Positions 27,790 through 36,836 of a stretch of 37,941 bases of DNA are shown here, piece by piece. Positions within the stretch are counted from its first letter, which is position 1; each line of letters opens with the position of its first letter. A program made the position numbers and the translations under genes. The stretch covers positions 1 to 37,941 of the forward strand of contig JBLIRN010000007.1 in NCBI GenBank assembly GCA_049472315.1, in the 5' to 3' direction. The notes under the pieces are model-generated. The model saw only the letters and a list, made by a program, of their open reading frames with translations, was not told the DNA's origin and did no database searches. The stretch is from a bacterium. GTDB lineage: Bacteria; SZUA-182; DTGQ01; JAFGSM01.

Positions 27790-28848
27790 ATGGTTGTAAA
27801 AAATGAGCTGCTCAGCCATAATGAAAAGATACGCAGGCTGCTGTATAGAATGGTAGGAAATGAGCTGGAACGCCACCTCATTAAATATGCACTGCTCGAT
27901 TCATATCAGAATTTCCTGGTCAATAATTATCCCTATCCCTTTGTGGAAAAGCGCGAATTGAAACCGAAGGCAAAGGTCATTGACAGGGAATATGAATATC
28001 AGAACTGCTTTCTGGTGCTTTACTATGAGGGTACGCTGCACAACAAGCACAAGAAATACATCCGATTCCTCTCGGACAACAAGCTGGTCAAGGAAAATTT
28101 TCAAAATATCGTCGACTTCAAGATCAGCCCTGACTTTTCTCAAAATATAAAGTACTTCGATTCACCAGGCTTCGGTAAGTTCTTTTACTCGTTGCTTCCG
28201 GTGGATTACGCCCTTATGATACAGCAGGATCCAACCATAAAGACCAGAACGAGGTACATCCTGTCCCATTTCCACGTTAAACTGGACTGGCCCATAAGCG
28301 ATGCAGCGGAGGACCTCGCCAAGAATCTGCGATACATATCAAAGGATCTCTATGAAAGGGGTGAAAAGTACGCCGAGCTGATGCAACAGAAGCTCTTCGA
28401 ATATTACGGGTTTCACCATACGGTGGGCGGCCGGCGAAGTGCGGCTGTCGTGGCGAGCCAGTACCTTTCGCGCGAGAATCTGCTGTATTCCGTCTATACC
28501 ACCAGCAAGGAATCGCGCACCATGACCAAGATCGATGGTATGAGAATCCACCGGTATGCCTTGATGAAATTGAATAAGGATGACATCAATGTACTGCGTC
28601 AGGCGCATAAACTGAAGGGGGAACAGTTTAAAAAACGATACGTGGTCAATGAGGAAAAGGGGGAATCGGTGGTGATCTTCATGGTTATTTATTCAAGGAC
28701 CCCTCATTCCCTGCCGCCTGCGGATGGAAAACTCAGGGAGTTGAATCCGGACTATCGCTGGATAACCGTTGAAGATCAGCTCATTCTTCCCCTGCCATCG
28801 GTTTCCCATGCACGGCCGCTTCCCTTCCCCACCATCTATTCACAATGA
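27790..28848 (+). CDS. Hypothetical soluble protein (basic, Tyr/Lys-rich), function unknown
   Basis: 352-aa ORF filling the purA-dnaN gap, with AGGGA RBS and a candidate promoter. No signal peptide, TM segment or motif that I recognise. Confidence 0.85.
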   Translation: MVVKNELLSHNEKIRRLLYRMVGNELERHLIKYALLDSYQNFLVNNYPYPFVEKRELKPKAKVIDREYEYQNCFLVLYYEGTLHNKHKKYIRFLSDNKLVKENFQNIVDFKISPDFSQNIKYFDSPGFGKFFYSLLPVDYALMIQQDPTIKTRTRYILSHFHVKLDWPISDAAEDLAKNLRYISKDLYERGEKYAELMQQKLFEYYGFHHTVGGRRSAAVVASQYLSRENLLYSVYTTSKESRTMTKIDGMRIHRYALMKLNKDDINVLRQAHKLKGEQFKKRYVVNEEKGESVVIFMVIYSRTPHSLPPADGKLRELNPDYRWITVEDQLILPLPSVSHARPLPFPTIYSQ

Positions 28849-29060
28849 CATGGCGGTTCGGTGCCCACATCCTGGTGACATATGCTGCGGAGGAAGGGTG
28901 TAAATATTCTCTCAATGGTGTATACTATGGTATGAATTGTCCGACGCGCACGCACATCCATGTCGATGGCGCGTTAACACCTGTGTGCGATCGGATGCGA
29001 GGGGGGCGATTCGGTGCGAAATGACTGCCACCCACTACCGATTGAAATAAGGGGTTGATC

Positions 29061-30206
29061 ATGGAGCTCAGCATAAGCAGAGAGGCCTTTTTAAAAGAAG
29101 TTCAGAAGATACAAAGCATTACGCCTATTAAGGGGACAAAGCCCATACTATCCAGTTTTCTGCTCGAGGCCACCGGGGAGGGAATATACATGTCAGCCAC
29201 CGATTTGGATGTGGGGCTGAAGATCCTTATCGACGCCGACGTCGCAGACAAGGGCTCAATCTGTCTCCCTGCACGTGTTGTGTATGATATTGTGCGGGAA
29301 CTCCCGGAAAAATCCTCCATCAGCATGAAGCTCGAAGAAAACAACCGTCTCCGGCTGCAATGTCTTCATTCCGTATTCCACGTTCCAGGTATTGCCGCCG
29401 ATGAATTTCCCCCGCTTCCCGAGCTTGATGCTAAAAAGCTCCACCCCATCGACCTGAAGGTACTCCTCGATATGATTGTCAAGGTTAATGTGGCGGTGCC
29501 GGCAGTTGAACAAAAACTGTACAATGCCCCGGCTGGCGCCCTTTTTTCAATCAGTGATAAGGGCATCGAGAGCGTGGGAACCGACGGCCATCGGATGGCC
29601 TATATCTATACCGAGGAAATCGGCCTGCCGTTTCGTTCCACCATGGTCCTGCCCAAAAAACTGCTGGACGAGTTGCCAAAGATTCTGACTGACTGGGAAA
29701 AGGGTAAGGAAAAAGGCGCCACGGCGGAAGATTCCGAAAAAACGGTAAAGATCGGGCTTACGGGCAACCATTGTGTGTTTTCATTGCCCAACATCCAGTT
29801 TTTTGCCCGACTCCTGGAACATAAATTCCCGGATTATAAGGGCCCGATCACCGTGGAAAATGATAAACGGGCGATTATCGACAGGGAGCGGTTTCGGCAG
29901 GCGGTCAGGCGCGTTTCACTGATTACCGAGAAGAGGGAATGGTTTATACTCTTCAAACTGGCGCCCGGCAGCTTGACTCTCGATTCGGAAAGCGCAGAGG
30001 TAGGGGATGCCCACGACGAAATTGAGATCGAATACCAGGGTGAACCGTTGGAAATCGGCTTCAATCCTAAGTATATTCTCGACTTTCTCGGCGTCATCGA
30101 TGGTACGGACGTCGTTCTCGAGATGAGCGATAATGAATCCTTGGCCATTATGAAGCCTCATGATAATGAAAACGTCAAATTCATTATCATGCCGGTGAGG
30201 CTCTGA
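29061..30206 (+). CDS. dnaN: DNA polymerase III beta sliding clamp
   Basis: PILSSFLL, SATDLDVG, GSICLPAR..DIVRELP, ADEFPPLP, VGTDGHRMA, RLLEHKFPDY, IGFNPKYILDFL and C-terminal IIMPVRL. Confidence 0.95.
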   Translation: MELSISREAFLKEVQKIQSITPIKGTKPILSSFLLEATGEGIYMSATDLDVGLKILIDADVADKGSICLPARVVYDIVRELPEKSSISMKLEENNRLRLQCLHSVFHVPGIAADEFPPLPELDAKKLHPIDLKVLLDMIVKVNVAVPAVEQKLYNAPAGALFSISDKGIESVGTDGHRMAYIYTEEIGLPFRSTMVLPKKLLDELPKILTDWEKGKEKGATAEDSEKTVKIGLTGNHCVFSLPNIQFFARLLEHKFPDYKGPITVENDKRAIIDRERFRQAVRRVSLITEKREWFILFKLAPGSLTLDSESAEVGDAHDEIEIEYQGEPLEIGFNPKYILDFLGVIDGTDVVLEMSDNESLAIMKPHDNENVKFIIMPVRL

Positions 30207-30305
30207 TTGGGAATCCTCTACCCTCACTTCCGTTTGGGATGCTGGTACTGATGCGCACATGGCATAATGAATTCATGCCCATTTTTTCAGGGGGTAGACA
30301 CGGAC

Positions 30306-31100
30306 ATGCACATCCTTGTTACCAATGACGACGGGATTCACTCCCCTGGGTTGGTGGCCCTGGTTGCGGCATTGCGAAACCTGGGAGAGGTAACCGTGGT
30401 CGCCCCTGAAACCGAACGAAGCGCAGCAGGTCATTCCATCACCATAAATCATCCCCTCAGGATCCACGAGGTGATCAAAGGGGATGAGGCATTCGGCTAT
30501 GCCGTCAACGGCACCCCGGCCGATTGCGTAAAGATCGCCCTGGGAACCATTATGAAGGAAAGGGCGGACCTTGTTGTTGCCGGGATCAACACGGGTTTGA
30601 ATACCGGTACCCACGTCATTTACTCCGGTACGGTATCGGGTGCCATGGAGGGTGCCATACTCGGACTTCCCGCCCTCGCCATTTCGGTGGAAGTGAAACC
30701 ACATGCCGGAGAGAAGGCACTGCCGCATGCCGTTTTTTCCTTTCCTGCGGAATTCAGTGCGTATTTGGCCGGAATGGTTATGGAAAGGGGGCTTCCCCAC
30801 CAGACCCTTCTGAATATAAATTTTCCCGCCTGTTCCAAATCAGACATACAGGGCATTGCAATAACACAACAGGGACAGAGTATTTTCAGGGATCGATTTC
30901 ACAAAAGGATCGATCCGAGGGAAAAGGTATACTATTGGCTTGCCGGCGACATCGAAGAGATCGCATCGGAGGGAGGTGATAGCCTGGATTATATTGCGGT
31001 AAAAAGGGGGTATATCTCGATAACGCCCCTATCTACCGATCTTACGAATCATCACTACATCGATCAGTTAAAGGGGTGGAATATATCGCTCGAAAGGTAG
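30306..31100 (+). CDS. surE: 5'/3'-nucleotidase SurE
   Basis: MHILVTNDDGIHSPG, VVAPETERSAAGHSIT, GTPADCV, GINTGLNTG, YSGTVSGA and ISITPL. Confidence 0.97.
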   Translation: MHILVTNDDGIHSPGLVALVAALRNLGEVTVVAPETERSAAGHSITINHPLRIHEVIKGDEAFGYAVNGTPADCVKIALGTIMKERADLVVAGINTGLNTGTHVIYSGTVSGAMEGAILGLPALAISVEVKPHAGEKALPHAVFSFPAEFSAYLAGMVMERGLPHQTLLNINFPACSKSDIQGIAITQQGQSIFRDRFHKRIDPREKVYYWLAGDIEEIASEGGDSLDYIAVKRGYISITPLSTDLTNHHYIDQLKGWNISLER

Positions 31101-31130
31101 TTGTACGTTCACAATAGCCCTCTGACGCCC

Positions 31131-31204
31131 ATTGCCGAGCACGTACCTGATGTTTGGCAATAGGATGCGGGACAGATCACAAAACCGTCCGATCGTTTCG
31201 GACG
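31131..31204 (+). terminator. Two hairpins after surE (possible terminator or stabiliser)
   Basis: ATTGCCGAGCA/TGTTTGGCAAT (31131-31161, with G-U pairs) and CGTCCGA-tcgtt-TCGGACG (31186-31204). No strong U-tract on the plus strand. Confidence 0.35.
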
Positions 31205-31296
31205 ATTAAGGAAATGCAGTAGATACCTCAATAAAATGATTTCGTCACCATCTCCCCCGTATCTGCCCAGGTGCATGTAAAGGGGGATGAAAGAGT

Positions 31297-32742
31297 ATGC
31301 AGAATCGAATGGAAAAATATGACCAAATCAAAGAATCACTCGATTGCCACGATCTTAAGGTAATCATTGCCTCGGCACTTTCTCATCGAAATCTTGCCAA
31401 GATGGTGAATAGGCTTAGACTCAACTCCAAGGATATAAAGACCACTCAACTCGCTACCGAGGAGCTCGCCGGCCTATTGGCACAAGGAACGCTTTCCGAT
31501 CCGGCAATATTCAGGGAAGTGGTGGGCATGCTCGATCTGTACTCCGCTGAGGCAATAAAGGCCGTTGCCAGCGGAAACGCAGAGGAGTTCCGTCGATCAA
31601 CACTCAAGGAAAAGGACCAGAGAGGAAAGGTGAACACGGCACGACTGATCTGGGCCCTTGTAACGGATAATTCTCCCCAGAATATGACGGAGGGGAGAAA
31701 TCTTATTACCGTATTGGATCAACGACACACTCATGAAGCTGTGATAAAAACGGATACGGACGATGGTGAATCTATTGAGGACAGGAATACAAAATCCAAC
31801 CAGAGAAGACCCCCCAAGGCGTCATTTTCGAGAGGGAAACACACAAAGGGAGTAAATCACCATTACGAGCTTGAAATCACGAGACTCAAGGGTGAAGTGG
31901 AGTGCCTGAAGAAGAAGAATGCCAAGCTCCAGCAGCAGCATCAGCACACCAAAGAACCTTCAAAGGCAAAGGATCTCGGGAAAAAAATCAGGCTGATGGA
32001 AAAGGAAAACAGGGATCTCAAGGAGAAGATCAAGCGGGATTATGTACCAAAGGATGAATTCAATGCCCTTAAAAAGGAAACCGACCGGCTCTATCATCTG
32101 TGCAGGACCACGGAGAGGACCTACAAGAAGGGGGCGGAGACGCAAATCGCACAGTCGGCGGTGTATTACCCTTTCCTGAAGGGATTCAAGTCCGGGCTGC
32201 AAAGACTCAATCCGTTCGTCCGGGTGCGCAGGACAGGGAAGAATTGCAGGGTGGGCATTTTTGTCGATGTCCAGAATATGTTCTACTCGGCAAAGAATCT
32301 CTACCATGGCCGTCTGGATTTCGAAAAATTCCTCAATCTTGCCCTGCACGGCAGGAAACTGGTCAGGGCAACGGCCTATATCGTGAAGACACCGGAAATC
32401 GATCAATCCAAGTTCATCAACCTGCTCAAGAACAACGAGTACGTGGTCAAGACGCTGGATCTCAAGACCGGTATGAACGGCTATGCCAAGGGTAACTGGG
32501 ACGTGGGAATCGTGATGGATATCTTTGCGCTGGCTGATAAGGTGGATGTCATTGCCCTGGCCAGCGGGGACGGTGATTTCGTCCCCCTGGTAAAATATCT
32601 CCAAAAAAAGGGGATCAGGGTCGAGGTGTATGCATTCACCTATAATACCGCCATCGATCTCAAGGATTGCGCGGACATGTTCTATCCCCTGCAGGAAGAC
32701 ATACTGATCAAGGATCAACGGGGGATGGTCAAACAACACTAA
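31297..32742 (+). CDS. NYN (LabA/DUF88, PIN-like) domain protein with long N-terminal helical/coiled-coil region
   Basis: C-terminal VGIFVDVQNMFY, KGNWDVGIVMD, LASGDGDFVPLV..G.RVEV and LKDCADMF. Lys/Glu-rich heptad region at about aa 190-280. Confidence 0.88.
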   Translation: MQNRMEKYDQIKESLDCHDLKVIIASALSHRNLAKMVNRLRLNSKDIKTTQLATEELAGLLAQGTLSDPAIFREVVGMLDLYSAEAIKAVASGNAEEFRRSTLKEKDQRGKVNTARLIWALVTDNSPQNMTEGRNLITVLDQRHTHEAVIKTDTDDGESIEDRNTKSNQRRPPKASFSRGKHTKGVNHHYELEITRLKGEVECLKKKNAKLQQQHQHTKEPSKAKDLGKKIRLMEKENRDLKEKIKRDYVPKDEFNALKKETDRLYHLCRTTERTYKKGAETQIAQSAVYYPFLKGFKSGLQRLNPFVRVRRTGKNCRVGIFVDVQNMFYSAKNLYHGRLDFEKFLNLALHGRKLVRATAYIVKTPEIDQSKFINLLKNNEYVVKTLDLKTGMNGYAKGNWDVGIVMDIFALADKVDVIALASGDGDFVPLVKYLQKKGIRVEVYAFTYNTAIDLKDCADMFYPLQEDILIKDQRGMVKQH

Positions 32743-32758
32743 AGGACGCAGTCGCTCC

Positions 32759-34219
32759 ATGTTCGAGAGGGTTTTGGGTATCATCATCGATGCGGACCGT
32801 ATAAGTCTGTGTCAGGTGAACAAGGGGGTGAAGTCCGTGGAATTGACCCACGCGCTCACCCACTCCCTCCCAGCCGGCAAGGAAAAAGGTGTCAAAGAGA
32901 TTGGCGCCCGGATTCGTGATCTTTGTGTGCGCAACAACATCCAACCAGATGTGGTGTATTCCGCGGTTCCCTGCAGCCTTTCCATGTTCCGCCGGGTGCA
33001 CCTGCCCTTTACCGATCCGAGCAAGGTGGCACGTGTCTATCCCTTTGAGATCGAACAGACACTTCCCTGTGCCCTTGATGAAGTGGTCATGGATTTCCAG
33101 ATCATCGCACGGGATCGTTCATCGGGAACGGATCTCCTGGTGGCAATCCTTCCCAAAAGGATCCTCGATGAGCACCTTGCCATCCTCGATTCCGCCGGGA
33201 TCGCCCCCCGGGTCACCACCCTGACGCCTGCCGGGCTTATGTTGCTCAACCAGGCATTCCTCCATAAAAAAGAGGCCCAGGTGGAGGGCATCATAGAGCT
33301 TGAGCAAAGAAAGGCCACCATGGTGGTGGTATGCCAGAAAAAGATCCTGTTTACCAGGGAATTGGACTGGGACGAAAAAGGGGGTGACGTTGCGCACCTG
33401 ACCGACCAGATCGAACTCACCCTGACCGCATTCCGATCCGAATCCGGACTCTCTTTGGAACGGCTTGTGCTCATCGGGGATTACGCTCATACCTCCCGGC
33501 TGGATCCCCTTGTGTCCGAAAGGCTGGGGATCAAACCGGAATCACTCGCGTCATACAAGGCCCTGCCCATCCGTTTTTCCGGACCAGGTCCGGGCAGATC
33601 CCCATTCTCGGCATCGACACTTGGCCTTTGTTTCGGTACCAGATTTAAAAGGGGGGAGATGTGGAATTTCCGTCAGGGGGAACATGCCTTTCAGAAGACC
33701 TATACCATTCCGCGTGAGAAGGTCTTCGCGCTGGGCTTCTTTGCCCTGTTTCTCGTTGTGCTTGGCAGCCTCAGCATGGCGGCGCGGTCGGGATTCTATA
33801 CCAGGCGTCTCTCCCTCCTGGACAATGAGGCGCAGAGGATTCTTTCCCAGACAATGCCTAACGCCCGGTGGGGCCCCCAGATCATTCCCGAGTTGAAAAA
33901 GGCCCTTGAAAAGGAATCCACTCTCTATGAACAATACAAGGGCTTTTTCGATCAGGGACCAAATGTGATCGACCTTCTCAGGGAGCTGAGCATCCGCATC
34001 CCCAAGGAGTATGATATCCTCGTCCAGGAGATCGTTTTTCAACAAGACAGGGTAAGGGTGAAGGGAAGGGTCGAGACCTTCGAACTGTTCGACCGGGTGA
34101 AAAATGGTCTGAGCAAGTCAAGGCTCTTTCAGGAAATAAGGATTGAGGAGGCCAACATCAAGGGGAAGGGGAATCAGGTGAGCTTCAACATCATCCTTGA
34201 ATTGAAAGGGGCCTCGTAG
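32759..34219 (+). CDS. Type II secretion GspL-like / PilM-PilN-like inner-membrane platform protein
   Basis: Actin-like cytoplasmic pattern (VLGIIID, FRRVHLPF, PFEIEQTLP..DEVVMDF, LDSAGIAP, LVLIG), NFRQGE motif, one TM helix, then a periplasmic domain (LLRELS..IP, VRVKG, VSFNIILEL). Confidence 0.8.
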   Translation: MFERVLGIIIDADRISLCQVNKGVKSVELTHALTHSLPAGKEKGVKEIGARIRDLCVRNNIQPDVVYSAVPCSLSMFRRVHLPFTDPSKVARVYPFEIEQTLPCALDEVVMDFQIIARDRSSGTDLLVAILPKRILDEHLAILDSAGIAPRVTTLTPAGLMLLNQAFLHKKEAQVEGIIELEQRKATMVVVCQKKILFTRELDWDEKGGDVAHLTDQIELTLTAFRSESGLSLERLVLIGDYAHTSRLDPLVSERLGIKPESLASYKALPIRFSGPGPGRSPFSASTLGLCFGTRFKRGEMWNFRQGEHAFQKTYTIPREKVFALGFFALFLVVLGSLSMAARSGFYTRRLSLLDNEAQRILSQTMPNARWGPQIIPELKKALEKESTLYEQYKGFFDQGPNVIDLLRELSIRIPKEYDILVQEIVFQQDRVRVKGRVETFELFDRVKNGLSKSRLFQEIRIEEANIKGKGNQVSFNIILELKGAS

Positions 34220-34224
34220 ATAGA

Positions 34225-34379
34225 TGGGAAGGGGGGTGCGCACCAACCAAGCTTGCCAGGCGAAGCGAAGCTACTATGTTGCTCCTTGCAGTTACCTTTT
34301 GACTATGGCTCACTTCGGGCGTAAAAACGAAGACAGGCTGTAGTGCTCGTCCGCAGGCACACAGGAGCACCCCTTCCCA
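34225..34379. other. 155-nt intergenic fold-back element (candidate structured RNA or small repeat element)
   Basis: TGGGAAGGGG(GG)TGC at the left end pairs with GCACCCCTTCCCA at the right end. Further nested complementary blocks lie inside (TGCC/GGCA, CGA.GC.ACTA/TAGTGCTCG). Confidence 0.5.
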
Positions 34380-34456
34380 GACGATATTGAGCGATTACAT
34401 TTTATGCGCTATCAAGAATTGTGGGATATACTTGAATAAAAATCAAAGGAGGTTGC

Positions 34457-35821
34457 ATGAATCCCCTCATCTTCAGGGAATATGATATTCGCGGGATCGT
34501 GGGCACGGACATCACCGAGGACACCGTCTATATCCTGGGGCAGACCTTCGGCACCGCGGCACAACGGGAAGGGAAAAGGGTCCTGAGCGTCGGACACGAC
34601 AACCGCCTGAGTTCCTCCTCTCTCAAGAAGGCCCTGATCAAGGGTTTGGTGAGCACCGGGTGCACCGTTTGGGACCTGGGACTGGTACCCACCCCCCTCC
34701 TCTACTTTTCCCTTCACCACCTCCGTGATGTTGAGGGAGGGGTGATGATCACGGGAAGTCACAATCCGCCGGAATTCAATGGATTCAAGATGAACATCGG
34801 CACGGAAACCCTCTACGGGGAGCAAATCCAGTCGCTGAAAATGCTCGCCGAATCCGGTGATTTCATGAAAGGGGGCGGAGGCGAGGTACGCAGCTACGAC
34901 ATCATTCCGGACTACAAGGCCATGATCAAGGAACGAATCCGCATCGGACGAACGGTGCGACTGGTGGTGGATGCAGGGAACGGCACATCGAGCATCGTGG
35001 CACCCGATCTTCTCGAAGAGCTGGGATGCAGTGTGGAACGTCTCTATTGCGAATCGGACGGGAGATTTCCCAATCACCATCCCGATCCCACGGTGGAGGC
35101 GTATATCCAGGACCTTATAAAGATGGTCAGGGAGGGGGATTTTGAATGCGGGGTGGCCTACGACGGTGATGCCGACCGCATCGGGGTGGTTGACGAAACA
35201 GGGAGGATTCTGTGGGGGGATCAGCTCATGATCCTCTTTTCGCGATCGATCCTGGCACAGACAAAGGGGGCCCCGATCATCTTCGATGTGAAGTGCTCCC
35301 AGGTCCTGGAGGACGACATCCGGGCACACGGGGGAACACCCATCATGTGGCGCACCGGCCACTCACTCATCAAGAAAAAGATGAGGCAGGAGCACGCCGC
35401 GCTGGCCGGCGAAATGAGCGGCCATCTCTTCTTTGCAGACCGGTACTTCGGGTACGACGATGCCATCTACGCATCCTGCCGCCTCCTCGAGATCGTCGCT
35501 CAATCGAAGGTCCCGCTGAGTCACCTGCTTGCCGATGTCCCCACGACCTTTACCACCCCTGAGATACGAATCGAATGCACCGATGAGGACAAGTTCAGTG
35601 TGGTCGAGGAGATAAAAAGGATCTACCAGAAGACCCACCGGGTCATCGACATCGACGGCGCCAGGGTCCTGTTCGAGGACGGCTGGGGACTGGTCAGGGC
35701 CTCCAATACGCAGCCGGTGCTGGTGCTTCGGTTCGAGGCATTCGAAAGGAACTCGCTGGAACGTATCAAATCCGAGGTGATGGATACCCTTAAAAAATTT
35801 CCCTCGGTCAGGGTGCCGTAA
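34457..35821 (+). CDS. Phosphomannomutase/phosphoglucomutase (AlgC type)
   Basis: IFREYDIRG, MITGSHNP (phospho-Ser), FPNHHPDP, DGDADR, GEMSGH and LVRASNTQP. AAGGAGG RBS. Confidence 0.96.
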   Translation: MNPLIFREYDIRGIVGTDITEDTVYILGQTFGTAAQREGKRVLSVGHDNRLSSSSLKKALIKGLVSTGCTVWDLGLVPTPLLYFSLHHLRDVEGGVMITGSHNPPEFNGFKMNIGTETLYGEQIQSLKMLAESGDFMKGGGGEVRSYDIIPDYKAMIKERIRIGRTVRLVVDAGNGTSSIVAPDLLEELGCSVERLYCESDGRFPNHHPDPTVEAYIQDLIKMVREGDFECGVAYDGDADRIGVVDETGRILWGDQLMILFSRSILAQTKGAPIIFDVKCSQVLEDDIRAHGGTPIMWRTGHSLIKKKMRQEHAALAGEMSGHLFFADRYFGYDDAIYASCRLLEIVAQSKVPLSHLLADVPTTFTTPEIRIECTDEDKFSVVEEIKRIYQKTHRVIDIDGARVLFEDGWGLVRASNTQPVLVLRFEAFERNSLERIKSEVMDTLKKFPSVRVP

Positions 35822-35987
35822 TCACCGGGTCGTCTTGAAACCCTGAAATTGTATTTAAAAAACCACCGAACACACGGGGATTTTAATACATCGCCCTGTG
35901 TAAAAAATCACAAAGACCAGAGAGAATTTGATATATCGCACTGCGCCCTCTGGTGAATTGTATCATCTGAGTTAAAAGGGATCCACT

Positions 35988-36836
35988 GTGGACAATGAAT
36001 CCGCCCTAATCTCTTCGATCAAGGAGGCAGCCGGTTTCCTCCTGGAGACGATGGATGTTCAGCCGAGAATCGGGCTCTTCGCAGGGACCGGTCTCGAATG
36101 CCTGTGTGACCTGCTGAGTCATCCCCGGTCCATCCCCACCCATGAGATACCCCATTTCCCTCACCTGGGCGCACACGAACGCCGGCTCCTGTGGGGAACC
36201 ATCCAAGAACACCCGGCCCTCGTGCTCAGCAAACGCCTCCATGGGTACGAAGGGTATTCCATGCATCAGATCGCCTTTGTGGTCCGCCTGTTCCTGGAAC
36301 TCGGGGTGCGGATACTCATCATCTCCAATGCGGCCGGCGGGCTCGATCCGCTCCACAAACCGGGAGAGCTCATGCTCATCACTGACCACATCAATCTGAT
36401 GGGATCAAGCCCCCTGATCGGACCGAACATTGATGCATACGGACCCAGGTTCCCGGATATGTCCGCGCCCTACGATGCAGATCTCATCCGGATGACGGAA
36501 CAGGTTGCCCTCAAACAGAAGATAGCAATCTGGAAGGGAACGTACGTGGCAGTCACCGGACCCAATCTGGAAACACGGGCAGAGACCAGGTTTTTGAGAA
36601 ACATGGGTGCGGATGCGGTTGGCATGTCCACCGTTCCGGAGGTCATTACCGCTGTCCATTGCGGCATAAGGGTCCTGGGGATATCCGTACTGAGCAATGT
36701 CAACATCCCCGACTGCCAGAAGAGTCACACGCTGGAAGAGATCGTGGAGAATGTGTACCGGACTGCTCCCGTACTCAAGGGATTGATCAAGGGGATACTC
36801 GACGTCCTTCCACAGGAGTGCGAGGAAAACGCATGA
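35988..36836 (+). CDS. Purine-nucleoside phosphorylase (trimeric PNP/MTAP family)
   Basis: IPHFP, RLHGYEGY, SNAAGG, DHINL, GPRFPDMS, GPNLETRAE and GADAVGMSTVPE. GTG start. Confidence 0.93.
   Translation: MDNESALISSIKEAAGFLLETMDVQPRIGLFAGTGLECLCDLLSHPRSIPTHEIPHFPHLGAHERRLLWGTIQEHPALVLSKRLHGYEGYSMHQIAFVVRLFLELGVRILIISNAAGGLDPLHKPGELMLITDHINLMGSSPLIGPNIDAYGPRFPDMSAPYDADLIRMTEQVALKQKIAIWKGTYVAVTGPNLETRAETRFLRNMGADAVGMSTVPEVITAVHCGIRVLGISVLSNVNIPDCQKSHTLEEIVENVYRTAPVLKGLIKGILDVLPQECEENA

Noticed and set aside
27395..29060. Replication origin near dnaN
   Set aside because: The region is AT-rich, but I found no TTATCCACA-type box cluster and no dnaA.
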